From positions 35,154,001-35,218,000 of the forward strand of contig OX597814.1 in the NCBI GenBank assembly GCA_951406725.2: a stretch of 64,000 nt of DNA, read 5' to 3'. The first letter of the stretch is position 1. Each line of letters begins with the position of its first letter. This document shows, piece after piece, positions 23,091 through 36,678 of this stretch. The DNA is from Octopus vulgaris (taxonomy: Eukaryota). A model generated the notes under the pieces. That model searched no databases. It was not told the origin of the DNA and saw nothing but the letters and a program-made list of their open reading frames with translations. Both the position numbers and the translations under genes were made by a program.

Positions 23091-25815
23091 CATAATATAC
23101 AGGAGTCTTTTGTGCGTTAGTATTGAAACCAAGTTCTAACAACATAGCATGTTATTAACAAATTGATTTGATTATAAAAGCGTACGAGTGTACTGTAATT
23201 GTAAATGGTTGCTTTAAGCGTATGTGTATTTATGAAGGCGATGGTAGCTTTTAGTAAGAGTGGTAGCGTAATCGACATTAAAATTTTCGCAATATCCGTA
23301 CATAAGGAAATGTGCAAGGAAAGTATTTCGATATGGCTTTAGTATGTAAAGGAAGGCTATCAGCTTACGAGAAATTCTGATGTAATCTAGTTATAAGTGA
23401 GTGCGCTCAACATGTTGTTTAGAGGTGATGTAGAAGTTGCAGTGGGGTAGGTATTGGTTTCGAGATGTGGTGAGAAGTTATTGTTGAGAAATCCAGTGTA
23501 GTAAAATGAAAGGATTATTCGCAAGCGTAAAGGAGTATTAAGGAATTAATCCACCATTCAAATTAGCCGTAGTTAACGCCAGTTATGAAAATATTCTTCA
23601 ACCTTTTATAGAGATGTTAACGTGACTACAACTTAAACAGGAGATCCATTAAAGCCAACCTTTCAAATCAGTTCTTTGATTTGTCACCCGTTGATGTATG
23701 TGTGAATCAGGCCCAAAAGGGTCAATGCCTGATGTGCTTTTAATCTCTGTTTTTATAGTTGATCTTGTCAACACGTGCGAATACAAGTTGTATTCATGCT
23801 GATATATCCACGCTGTTTACACTGGTAAAATTACGAGATTAAATTGACCTTACAGTTTCCAGTTTAAACAAGGACATTGATCAGACAAATCGCGAAGCTA
23901 GAGATTTCAAAGTGCATAACTTCAATTAACCAAGTCGATAACACATTGAAATTTCAACACCACAGTTCGTAACTTCTACATATACTGGGTCTACAACCAA
24001 GACACAATTATCTGCACTCCTGTGATATAAGTTCCAAATATAGCATATAGTTCATTAATATAATTTGCTACTAATTAACACGCTTATCAGTTGAAGATAA
24101 AAGCTGGTTAAGAGAAAGGAAAATACTTGGTGTTGTTAACAACTATAAGATCAGTTTTTGTGATCAACATATTTTTGAAAATAAGAATTCTATTTTAGAT
24201 ATCTCATTTAAGTTTATCATATATTCTGGTTATTGCACCTTTCATTATTAAATTTGTCACGAATTGAAGGCTGAAGCTTGTAGTGCAAAGTAAATGCAAT
24301 TTTCGTTGAGGAAGTGAGTTTTATGCCCGAGAAACTACAGCACCAGAATGGACTACGATACGAGAATATCTTCGGAATGGACTTCGATACAAGCATTTGC
24401 ACTAAATTTTAGTCGGAAGTGCTAGACCGAAGAATCCTCTCTCAAGTACTCTTGAATTGACAATCTATAGGTGGATTTATTTCATAGAGGTTCTCTAATC
24501 AATTTCGGAAAGATAAAAGTCAAATTTGACCCGGGCGAGATATTAAACTCATAGGAAGAGAGAGAGAGAGAGGGGGGGAGTGAGAAAGAGAGAGAGAGGC
24601 GGAAGGGAGAGGGAGAAGAGAGGGAGACAGAGAAAGAGAGAGGAGAGGAGAGTGAGAGAGAGAAAGAGGGAGATCGAATAAACTGAACCCCCACACAACA
24701 TGCCGTAAATGTATCTTTTCTCATTAAAGTTCCCCTGAAAGTGAAGAATAGTAATTATAAAATCGTGGCAGTCAGTCTGGAAAACGTTAAGGGTAAGGCT
24801 ATATGACATCAACCCCTTTAATTTCTTTGCGTTTTATCTTTAAACCATGCCATGACTACTGCTACACTTCATCGTTGTGTGATTGACAAAATAAGTAGGT
24901 GTAACATACTGAGATTGATTCAATCAGCTATATGACACCCAGAGGAAAAATCAACCGTGTGCCTAGTCAAAAGATATCAATAAATTCATTATGTGTTGTG
25001 CCAATAATTAATATTTTTTTTCTATTTCGTCGCCAATATTTATATTAAGCGAATGTTAATGTTTTGATAGAAACACGTACACAAATACGCGCACAGACAC
25101 ACAACCGTACACAGAAATAGACATACAAGTACACACTCAGATACATACATAGACGAATTCAGATACCCACTCCCTTCTGTTATAGTTCTCTCTTACTTTG
25201 TAAAAAGCCTCTCTCTTTTTCTGTTTTCTGCATCTCCCTCTGTCCTTCAGTCTGGTCTGTCTGTCTATCTGTCTATCTCTCTGACTGTGTCTGTGTATCT
25301 CTCTCTCTCTCTTGTATACGCATATGTGTTTGTGTGTCTGTGTATGTGTATGTATCTATGTATGTATCTATGTATGTATATGAGTCTGGGCGTGTGATTT
25401 GCAGCATTTAACCTTTCTGTATCTTTTTTTATTTATCTCTTTCCCTTAGTGGAGTGTCTCGCTTTTGTTTCTTTCTATTTTGCTTACTTTTTTTCATTCA
25501 TCCTTTGTCGCTTTGTAGCTGTTATCACTCTATTTCTCTTTATCTACATTACTTCTCCCCTTCTCCTAGTTATCCGTCAAATTCCATCTTTGTTCTTCTT
25601 CTGACCCTTCCGCTTTGCTGTGATTGAATACACATTCGTGTACACCCCACTTACACACGTCTCTTCAAATTATGATTGATAACAAATTGGGAGTTTCCAA
25701 TCTTACTGATATCAACGTTGCAATTTCAATTTTGGCCTTCATTTTCTCAGAGTTGATAGATGAAGTAGCAGTAATGTACTGGGGTAGATATAATCGACTA
25801 CTATGTACACAATCC

Positions 25816-26489
25816 TGGGTATCTTGGACCTCGGTATCTTGGTGGATTCTTCCTTTTCGCCTTCGGTCCAGTGCGTCCATGCTGCCAACAAAACACGCGG
25901 AGTTCTGTTTTTGATTCGACGGTCATTCGGAATGCTCACAGCAGCCATATTCCTACCGCTCTATGTCACGCCGGTGAGACCCATATTGGAGTACGAGATT
26001 CAAGCCTCTTCTCCTTATCTCCTCAAAGACATACATCATCCAGAAAGAGTCCAGAAGCTGGCTACCCACATGGTTCTTGGTCTCAAGCATTTGTCTTATG
26101 AAGAAAGGCTGAAGACGCTCGACTTTTATTCTCTTGAAACACGACGACGCCGTGATGATCTCATTCTCGCTCACAACATCATAAGCGGAAAGTGTAACCT
26201 CTCGAAAGAGCTGTCCTTCACTCCTGCTCCAGAGCGTCGGCTGCGGGGTCACTCCGAAAAGCTCTATCTGCGACGATTTCATCTCAATCGAAGGAGAGGG
26301 GCTTTCTCCGTCCGGGTTGCGGATCCGTGGAATAAGCTGCCGGACGAGATAGTGAAGATGCCGACAACCGCACGGTTCAAAGTCTCTCTCGACCAGAAAT
26401 GGCCTGAACCCTTTGCATGAACACCCTCCTTGTACATAACTCTATGTCCCCCTACATGGCCTTGCTTTTTGCCTTTTGAGCCAAACTTA
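25816..26489 (+). mobile_element. CR1-clade LINE 3' fragment (5'-truncated) with 7-bp TSD
   Basis: ORF 25803-26420: DLGILVD, LYVTPVRPILEY, ERVQKLAT, SYEERLKTL..SLETRR, RLRGH, FSVRV..WNKLP; acaatcc at 25809-25815 and 26490-26496; inserted in an old family A SINE. Confidence 0.88.
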
Positions 26490-27339
26490 ACAATCCAAAT
26501 TTCTGGTTTCGTGCCTATGTCAGAAAATATTACATTTCACACATTAACTATATCCATGACTCACTGACCATAAAACCAAATGATTTACAATATTAAGTTT
26601 AGATATTTTGATTATCGGTTCAAATTTTACCTTGATCAACTTGCTTTTCATTTATCGAGAGCCAAGAAAAAGCAGTAGATAACAGCAACAGACTGTGATA
26701 GAACCACGTCTACATAATATAGTCAAAACTAAATTTGTTATATCTTCAAATTTTTCCACTGGAGATATATGTATATTGTGTCAGTCTGCATTTTACTTAA
26801 ACGATCAACTATGAATTCAAACCAAATCTTTTAGCTGATTCCTGCACATAAAGGAAAGATTTGGCACATTTACAACTGGCATTCAGATTCAGAATAAGCC
26901 AATGTCCCATTATAATAAAAAGGGCAATTCCAAGTGATTTCCGAATTTAGCAATTCAAAACAGAAATATAAAACTCGAGGAAGAATTTATAAAAGTAATA
27001 TCATTTGTATTATCTGCATAAAGGGTTCTGAAACTTATGATGAATTCGTTGTTGTATTAATAGAATAACTCACCAATCTATTAGACAGCGAAAGAAATAA
27101 GTGCTGTCTCTTATGTATTGAAATCTTGCAATGATTTAATTAATTCAGTGATGTGTGTCAACATTATGGAACACAGAACTGCTCATCAAAGACATTGCAT
27201 TTCATATCTGCTCACATTATTTAGATTGTTTAGTTGAATATGAAAATACTCTAAACTATACCAGTGAGGCATTCTTGCTGGATGATTAAATGGTCTTGAC
27301 AGTGTGAATCAAGGCTCTATTTGTATATGTAAAGAGATT

Positions 27340-27340
27340 A

Positions 27341-27405
<65 letters not shown>

Positions 27406-27581
27406 AATAATAATAATAGTTCTACTTTCAATTTCTATGGACATATAAGTATTAAAATTTATATGTAATACACAAAGAACCACAAAAATTGCCATTGTCT
27501 GATTATTGTTACACACTCTCTTTGGGCCATTAAACCGCAGTATATTATTATTCCAAATGTATTATTGGAAAACCGTTATTA

Positions 27582-27627
<46 letters not shown>

Positions 27628-27630
27628 CAT
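27340..27630. repeat. (TTA)n/(TAA)n microsatellites
   Basis: Directly visible at 27340-27420 and 27578-27630. Confidence 0.95.
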
Positions 27631-28364
27631 CACTATTGCTATTGTTATTATTGCTATTGTTAGTATTGTTATTGCCTTGAATAAATAAAAATGCAAACTG
27701 AACCATAAAAATTGCTTAAAATTGAATTTTACGTTGTTAATAGAGTAAAGCTCTAACTTTGCTTGAATCTATATATAGAAAACTGTGTCGTTAGAATGTA
27801 TCAAAATTAATAAATCATCATTGATTATATTAAATAGCTTCAGCATTTAAGTAGATAGATATATAGACATTTGAGAACAGCAGTACGATTATTTCTAAAT
27901 TTGATATGAACTGCTTGTTTTGGGTAATTATGTTCAATATGAGTAATGCTATAAAAGATTTTCATTGTGTTGGTTTCACAGACACTTATATGTTTGTTAA
28001 GAATATCATAATAGTGTCTCGTCGTCTCTGATAACTTCCTCTTCATATGTAAAACAACTAAAATTCTATATGAAACTTTGAAGTAGTCATTAGTTTCTAA
28101 ATTCTATAACAAAAGATTCAACAGACAGCATGTTAGCATCCTGGTCAGATGAATCAACGTTTATACTTTCATTGTTGGTCCGCTTATTTTCACCATAACC
28201 CCCACCGAATATCTAGTATGTGACGTTAACAACTAAAATTAGTAGATCTGCCGGAGAAAATAAATATCCTTACATAGAAAACAGAAAGAGTTTATAAAAA
28301 TATTATTGCACCAGTCAGAACCTTTGTGGTTATTTACCCCACTGAATAGAAAAAAATAGAGTTA

Positions 28365-28872
28365 GTATTTCTTTATTGCCCACAAGGGGCTAAACATAGA
28401 GGAAACCAACAAGGAAAGACAAAGGGATTAAGTCGATTAGATCGACCCCAGTGCGTAACTGGTAATTTATTTATCCGTTTCGACTCTACGCACAAGGCCC
28501 GAAATTTGGTGGGAGGGGACCAGTCGATTAGATCGACCCCAGTATGCAACTGGTAATTAATTTATCGACCCCGAAAGGATGAAAGGTAAAGTCGACCTCG
28601 GTGGAATTTGAACTCAGAACGTAGCGGCAGACAAAATACCTATTTCTTTATTACCCACAAGGGGCTAAACATAGAGGGGACAAACAAGGACAGACATAGT
28701 TATTAAGTCGATTACATCGATCCCAGTGCGTAACTGGTACTTAATTTATCGACCCCGAAAGGATGAAAGGCAAAGTCGACCTCAGCGGAATTTGAACTCA
28801 CAACGTTGCGCCAGACGAAATACCGTTAAGCATTCGCCCGGCACGCTAACGTTTCTGCCAGCTCGCCGCCTT
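28365..28872 (-). mobile_element. SINE family A multimer (head plus 3 units, tails A/B/A)
   Basis: Reverse complement of the family A head at 28872 with repeated cores; imperfect TSD aaataga(g/a)ttag. Confidence 0.88.
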
Positions 28873-29414
28873 AAATAGAATTAGTATTGGCTTGTGAAAA
28901 ATAGTAACAATTACTGTCAATTTAAGGCTTTTTGAACAGAGATTCATTTATTTCTCATATACGCAAATATCAAATCCTATGGAGATAAAAGCATTAGCGT
29001 TAACTTGAGTAAATGAGGGCGACCTCTATAGGGTCACAGAACTTGCTAGTAATAGCAACGATATTTCTCAAATTACATACTATAAAAATGTTTCTCAAAT
29101 TACATATTATCGTTTAATAATGAAGAAAATCACATATTGGATAACAGTGTGGAATAAATATTCTTAGACAACGACAGCTGTCGCGGAAAGAATTATCTTT
29201 AATCATGGGACAAAGCAATCGGGTTGTTCAGATGATTCGTTTTCTTTTCTTATTTAGTCTGGAGGGTAGGCAGTATCTATCACTGTATACAAGACCTACA
29301 AGACTAACAGAATAGAAGGAATATGTCATTCTTAAACGTGGGAACATATCCGAATGCTTGCGATAGGACGTACCCCTCTAAAAGCGCTCAAAGTGCCGAG
29401 TGGTAGTGTTAAAA

Positions 29415-29645
29415 GGCGGCGAGCTGGCAGAATCGTCAGCACGCCGGGCGAATCGCTTTGTGGTATTTCGTCCGCCGCTGCGTTCTGAATTCAAATTCCG
29501 CCGAGGTCAACTTTGCCTTTCATCCTTTCAGGGTCGATTAAATAAGTACCAGTTACGCACTGGGGTCAATATAATCGACTTAGTCCGTTCGGCTGTCCTT
29601 GTTTGTCCCCTCTGTGTTTAGCCCCTTGTGGGTAGTAAAGAAATA
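29415..29645 (+). mobile_element. Clean SINE family A monomer with 13-bp TSD
   Basis: ggtagtgttaaaa at 29402-29414 and 29646-29658; A/B boxes; central gcctttcatcctttc.gggtcgat.aa..aagtaccag resembles the Meta-type domain. Confidence 0.93.
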
Positions 29646-31334
29646 GGTAGTGTTAAAACGAGTAGTCTACTATGAACAATCAGCAACAAATATTTTGATA
29701 TATAAAACGTTACTCTATGTTTCTTTACCATTTAAAGGTTAAATAAAATACAAAGTCGAATATATGGAGTGTGTTTGGCTTTTGGATGATTGCAGATTGT
29801 TTTCCATTTAGCTTCATCACTACATACGTAGAAGTATAACTAGTAATGTTTAAGGATTTCTGTTGTATATTTCAGGAAGAGAGCGGTTAAGCTGACAAAG
29901 AGAAAAGAAAAAGAAAGTTCGGCCTTGTCAACTGGTTGATTAATTATTTGGTAGATCTTACAGAGCGCTTGACGCAAAGTGGTAACGGATGGCAATTATC
30001 TTCCTCGTGGATTTCTGAAATTCCTGCTGGAAAGGAGAACAGGGCGTTACAATAATGATTATGATGATGATGATGGTGGTGGTGGTGGTGGTGGTGACGA
30101 CGACGACTATTACGACGATCTCACTATCAACATACATAGCACATCACATCAACATAGATTTAAACACGGGCAGTTCATTATCATCTTTTTACTACTTGAC
30201 ATTAGCAAAAACACATCACACTGTGTATCACTGAAAAGAAAGTCTTCAGACGCATGCTTGGAACAATATTGATTTCAAATTTTGACAAAAGGCAGAGCAG
30301 CTTCGGTAAAGGAAACCTAGGACTTGCACCTAGAAGAAGGTCATTAAGAAGGTGGTTCTTATGATAATAATGGTAGAACATGATCCTATATAACCATGCA
30401 TTTTAAAACCAAAATGCCGGTTGTTTTTATCCAACAGAAAACTGAATAATCAATTTAATATACAGTGATTTATATACTTGATAAGTACATAATAATTTTC
30501 TTATTGTCTACTTTTATTTAATGTAATATCGGAAACGTCCATTCACATGAAGGTTAGCCATAATTGATGTTGAAGAAACGAGATTTATTCCTTCAGTTTT
30601 TTTTTATATATTTGAACAGATATATTATGACGCGTTGGAGTTTCCATATTTGGATGAAAGTTACAAGTCCCTTGAAACAGTTTATAATTGGACGTATACA
30701 TTTTCAATAAATGAAAAATTGGATATTATTTCGTGCTAGTTCAGCAATGTACATTTGACACATTTGTCAATAATATACAAATGGCATATTTGTCTATGTC
30801 TATATTTGATTTTATGATGATGAAATCGTTGAAGAATTACATTATTACAATCAATGATGACATATACCTCAACTGTTGTTATATTGTATTGACAAAATAA
30901 CTTTTTGTTGGCTTGAATGATGCAATTTGAGAAACTTAATAGAAATTGATAAGATAGAAACATCATTACTATTTACAGTAAGTAAGGACAACACTACAAA
31001 TATAACATTTGCTGATTCCTTTTCATCAAAGATCGGGTTCGTCCTGGAAGAATGCAAAATAACCAGCAAATTGATTGTAATGGTAGAGAAATGTCGTTTA
31101 AGTCCTAACTTGACACACGTGAGTAAGATAGAAGGGATAAATGCAGTAAATGCCTTTAATATAATTAGAGGTAATGTTTACATCAACATGCATGAAATTA
31201 CTGGGGTTCATCTCTCGTAAAGAAACATCTATTTGTATATAAAAATATACGTTCTCACAAGAACAAAGTAAAAAAACAGATACACATATACATTTTAATT
31301 TACAAACAGGAGAGAAGTATTCGTACTTAATTAA

Positions 31335-31737
31335 CCTGTGCTAATTCTTTAAAATAGAAGATGATAAAGTTCATTTTAGACACTTGATGCTTTGGGAACC
31401 AGACAAAAATTTCTGCAGCTCGGCTGGGATGTGTTATCCCACCCTCCATATTCACCAGATATTGTTCCTTCGGATCTCAACTTATTCAGGTCTCTGCAGA
31501 ATAGTCTTAATTGTAAAAATTTCAATTCCTTGGATGACGTAAAAAGATACCTTGATGAATTCTTTGCTATGAAACCACCTCAATTCTGGGAAGAGAGTCT
31601 TTTCAAGTTAGAGGAAAGATGGAGATGCATTGTGCAGCAAAATATTTCATATTTGGTTGATTAAAATGTAATGGCAAGTATATATTGACCTTTTTCTTTC
31701 CTTTAAAAATCGGGACGAACTTTCCGGACAACCCAAT
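31335..31737 (+). mobile_element. Internally deleted mariner (DD34D) relic with right TIR
   Basis: N-terminal EDDKVHFRHLML fused to TRQKFLQLGWDVLSHPPYSPDIVPSD; ends gaactttccggacaacccaaTA. Confidence 0.85.
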
Positions 31738-32441
31738 ATATTTTTATCTAAATCCTGTACGACTCTATTCTCTTATTTTTTATTCATTCCTTCTTCTATC
31801 AGCCCTTTCACGCTTATTTCGTTCATTCCACTCTTCGTTCTTTCGTTCCCCCTCTCTCACATTTCATTGCCTTCTCTTCAGGCACACTTCCCCCCTCTTT
31901 TCACTTCACTGTGTCCCTGTCTCTTTTTCTCGCCCTTCCTTATTTCTTCTGTCCTTCTACCTCTAACTCTCTCCCCACGTGACCGGTGTGCGGCCAAGCC
32001 AGACCATTATTTCTTGGTTCAGCCGTTGTCCGTGTAACATCTATATTCTTCCTTGTGCCCGTGAAATCTTGTATCCCAGCCGTAATTCTTTACCTCCACA
32101 CACGCCAGCTTAATTTAATTCGTCCTTAGTCGAAAGACACCTGTTGTTATGTCCTGTCATTTGTATTTGTGAAACTTTTTCCGTTTTTCCGTCCTTGTTT
32201 TCGTATACATTCGCTGCTTTCTTCCAAGGAATGTAATGCTCTTAGGTTAGTTTTCCTTGGGGCAGGCTAGATTGGAGCAATCTCGAGTATAACCAGCCGA
32301 AATTGCAAAGATAATCTGGAACTCGACTGACGAAAAAATACCGAATGACCCGTCCTTGTTTTCTTTGTATCGTCTATCGGGATGTTTTGTTGTCCCTTTC
32401 TTGTATCACTTAACTGTCTGGATGTTTCGCGTTCTTGTCTC

Positions 32442-32491
<50 letters not shown>

Positions 32492-32703
32492 AGTGCGTTT
32501 GTGTACATACATACATAGATACATACATACATACATACAGACATACATATATGTATATGCGTTTGTGTGTGTGTGCATATGTATAGACACACACATATAT
32601 TTATACATACATACAAACAACAAAAATACATACATACTAATATACATACACGATGTTGACGGTCTCTTAGTTTTGTCAGATGATATCTATTTTACACCAT
32701 GTA

Positions 32704-33612
32704 TGAGGCGTGTTCATTAAAGATTTTCGCTGACCCATCCATAAAGTAGAAGCCGCCATTTTGGAGGATCACCGCATAACTATTCGGTAACTGACCCACT
32801 AAGTGAAAATAAATGTAGGAACCTTGTAAAACATCATTCCCGACCATTTGCATATGCGAACATTGTCTGCACGATGGATCCCTGGATGCTCACACATTTT
32901 CAGTCTATTGCTTACAGGCTCTTTTGACAATGTGTCAAGAAAACGAGACGGATTTTATTAGTATGATGAAACATGGATCCATCAATATGATCCTGAGTGT
33001 AAAGTCCAGTCGAAGAAATAGAAATGTAACTCACCCCATCCAAAGAAGGCTCGTGTCAAAACCTCAGCAGGCAAAGTGATGCTGACAGTCTTTTGGGACC
33101 GGTGCGGAGTAGTGATGATCGATTTTCTGGCAAATGGTACCACAATTAACCCGGAATATTATGCTACTCTGATGCAGAAATTCCAGGACGCCATCAATGC
33201 AGAGAGGCGTGGCATGCTGACCAAAGGAGTCCGCCTCCTCCAAGACAACACCCCAGTTCACAATGTATGTGTTTCCCGGATGAAAACACACTCCTGCGGC
33301 TATGAAATATTTCCTCATCCTCCTTACTCTCCCTATCTCGCAGCATCTGACTTCCACCTCTTTCCAGCCATGAACTCTTTTTTGAAAGGTAAGCAATTTT
33401 CGGCTGATGATGAACTTATTTCCGAGGTTACGTCTTGGCTCCAGATGCAACCTACCGACTTCTACAGACAAGGTCTTCACAACTGCATAAAGGGGTGGAA
33501 GAAGCATGTCACCATTGATGATAGCTATGTAGAGCTATGTATGATGCCAAGTTTCATTTATCCCAGTCTTTGGGAAGTGGGTCAAGGGAAATTTTTTAAT
33601 GAACACCCCTCG
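32704..33612 (+). mobile_element. Degenerate mariner (DD34D) with both TIRs
   Basis: TIRs tgaggcgtgttcattaaa...tgaccca / tgggtca...tttaatgaacacccctcg; DETWIHQYDPE, SAGKVMLTVFWD, LLQDNTPVH, HPPYSPYLAASDFHLF. Confidence 0.88.
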
Positions 33613-34021
33613 CACCTTATTCCGATAAATTCGATTATATCTGTGTGCTTTGAGATAATTCTTCTCACCATTTCTCCGTTGCTGCTGTGAAACAAGATGA
33701 ACCAGACACCAGATGTCATGGAACATCTGTACGTCACAGGATTACACTTACATGCGCTTGCACTAAATTTGCTCATTAAGTATCAGTAATAGGAATCTGG
33801 TGGCAAGCGCATTGCAAGCTGACTGGTAACTGCATCACATACAGGCTTGATTTCAGAGTACCTTCTCTTAGTCTTTTCCCATCAAAGAATAACTACAAGT
33901 CTGAGAGGAATTGAAAGAAGCCTATTTTCCGCACTTTAACTGCTCTCTTTTCTAGTACCAAATAACAGCCCATGGCACAAGGCTTGGTGAGGATGCAACT
34001 AAAGCTAGAACTCGACACTCA

Positions 34022-34064
<43 letters not shown>

Positions 34065-34069
<5 letters not shown>

Positions 34070-35640
34070 TACCAATAGCCTTACAAAGCCCCAAAATGAA
34101 AAACATATTAAACAAATATAGCATAAAAAACATTAGACGACAGGACAAAAACCTAAAGAAACACCTAACAAGAGCGAAATTCTCTTCAGAAACTAAAACG
34201 GAATTCTTTGCAAAAGAATGCGGAGATGGTAGATGTGGGATCTGCAGCAACCCCACCTACAAATACATAGAGGGAAATAGAGAGATGATATTTAAAAGTG
34301 GTTACGTATTCAAAGTAAATGCAGATATGAACTGCAAGACGCAGAACGCTATATACTGCATAACCTGCCCCACGTGCAAGGAGGATTACATAGGGGAAAC
34401 TGGTAATTCTTTGTGCCAGCGAGCCAGGATTCACCGACAACATGTTCGGCAGGAAGAACTACGCAAGATACCACTAAGTACACACCTAGCTACGTGTGGA
34501 GAGGGAAAGTTTAAGATCTTTCCCTTTTACAAATGTCCGAAGAACGACACCTCTTTCAGGAGGAATATGGAAAAATATTTCATAGCTAAGTTCTCCCCCA
34601 AATTAACTGGCTGAAATTTTACTCATCATGCATTGAAGGACAAATCTTTCGATTTACAATATAATATAGTAGAACATTTAGTATATGTGTGTATATATAT
34701 ATATATGTGTGTGTGTGTATATATATATTACCTGTTATATACATTATATTATTTTTTTAATTTACTTAATCTTTACTTTTTAATTGTCATTTTAATTTTA
34801 ACTTTCCTATGATATGCAATTTTCAAGATGGTGTAATTTGATTGTTCATTTTGAATCGATAAAAGGTGTTTTTTTCTAATATTTCATGTATAAGCATGTA
34901 TATATATATAGTGGTATAAATATCAACACAATTTTTCCCCTTCCCCCTTTTTTCTCTCTTCCCTTCTCCAAACTCACAGAACCCCCCCCCACACACACAC
35001 ACATACACACACTCACACACACACACACGGACACACACAGACACACAGACACACCTCCACAAAACTATCATAAAATGTGGAAAGAATTCTTAAACCCAAA
35101 AAAGCATTTGACTATTAAACACACACACACTCTCTCACAATGATAAAAGGAAATATAATTTATGGCCTGCCTCCCCGCCACCACACACTCAGTGACACTG
35201 TGAAGTGGTCAAAACTGAAATTCTTTCTTTCTTTTTTTCCTAAGGCCTTAGAACCCCCTTGGAGTCAATATTCTGTCCAGCAGACCAAAAAAATTATTTT
35301 CTTCTTCCCTCTCCCTTCCCCTCTTTCTATTTAGCACTCATCCCAGATACAAAAAAACACACACACACACGCGCACACACACATACACACATGTTTTCTC
35401 TCTCACTTTCTCCTCACCCATCACCCTCTTGTACTGTCTTATATTCCTCCCCACCACTACAAAACTCTATAAAATGGTCAAATCTCCTCACACAGGAACT
35501 TAGTTTGATTTGAAAACCCCACTAGAATGGGAGAAAGCGCTAATGATCTAAGTGATATGATATATATATAAAAAATGTAATATACAAATAAATATCTGTA
35601 AATATAAACCATCCATCTTCTTCGAATATATATATATAAA
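34065..35640 (+). mobile_element. Second Neptune-type PLE, 3' fragment (intact GIY-YIG frame 34096-34614, 3' UTR, hammerhead), starting in (TA)n
   Basis: CGDGRCGIC linker, NAIYCITCPTCKEDYIGETG, RARIH, HLATC; clearly diverged from the element at 8901. Confidence 0.85.
35499..35552 (+). ncRNA. U3-A8 minimal hammerhead motif of a different PLE family
   Basis: cttagtttgat-UUGAAAA-cccc-actagaat-ggga-GAAA-gcgc-UA-atgatctaag; palindrome AGCGCU; outer helix I cttag/ctaag. Confidence 0.65.
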
Positions 35641-35706
35641 TATATACATACATACATATATATATATATGTGTGTGTGGGGGGGGTGTATATGTGTGTGT
35701 GTGTAT

Positions 35707-35738
<32 letters not shown>

Positions 35739-35740
35739 TC

Positions 35741-36676
35741 GCCTCCTCCCTCCGAGCTCACCTCCTCCTACCAACAGCGAGTGTCCTCCACCATCCATGA
35801 CCTCATCTCCTCTTCTGCTCTTCCCCTACCGCCAACCTCATCATCCGAATACCCCGTACCTCCACCATTTATTTCCTTCCCAAAATACATAAATCCGGCA
35901 ACCCTGGCCACCCTATTGTTTCTGCCTGTAATTGCCCCAACGAACTCATTTCCAAACACCTTGACCGCATCCTGTCCCGTTTAGTTGCTGCCCTCCTATC
36001 CCTCATACACGACACTAATCACGCCCTTCGCCTCTTCAATTTCTTTTCCTTCCCTCCCGGCTCCTCACACCTCCTCTTCACCATGGACATCAAATCCCTA
36101 TACACAGTGATTCTCCACAACGACGGTCTCTTAGCCCTCCAATATATCCTCGACGGAAACCCTGATCCTACACCCAGCATTTCCACTCCTCTTCGCCTGG
36201 CAGAGCTAGTCCACACCCTCAACAGCTTTACGTTCGCCGGGGAAACCTACCAATAGTTGTCTGGGGCCACGACGGGAACGAGAATGGGCCCAATTTCGCC
36301 TACCTCTTTGTTGGCCTCATTGATGCCCAAGCATTCTCTCAATTCTCCGGGCCGACCCTAGACCTATACGGTCGTTACATAGACCACTGTGTAGGTGCCA
36401 CCTCCCTCTCCCGGAACAGCTCTGCCACTTCATCTCTTTCCTCTCTAACTTCCATCCTTCTTTTCAATTCACTTCTACTATCTCTAACACCTCTGTTAAC
36501 TTCCTTGATATCTCTCTTACCATTGACCACCCCTCCCGCTCTCAAACCACCACTGCCTTCTTCAGACCCACAGATTCCCACCTCTACCTCATCTTCTCCT
36601 CCTCCCATCCCTTCCACACCAAACGGGCCATCCCCTACTCCCAGTTCCTCCGCCTTCGACGCTTGTGCAGCTGGGA
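35741..36676 (+). mobile_element. Third PLE: degenerate RT fragment starting after (TA)n
   Basis: YFLPKIHK..PGHPIVSAC, LFTMDIKSLYTVI, LNSFTF, TGTRMGP, RYIDH, FLDISL, SSHPFHTKRAIPYSQFLRLRRLCS. Confidence 0.85.
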
Positions 36677-36678
36677 CC

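Noticed and set aside
29860-29940. Possible exon after the acceptor-like tgttgtatatttcag
   Set aside because: No good donor, short frames and no recognisable protein similarity
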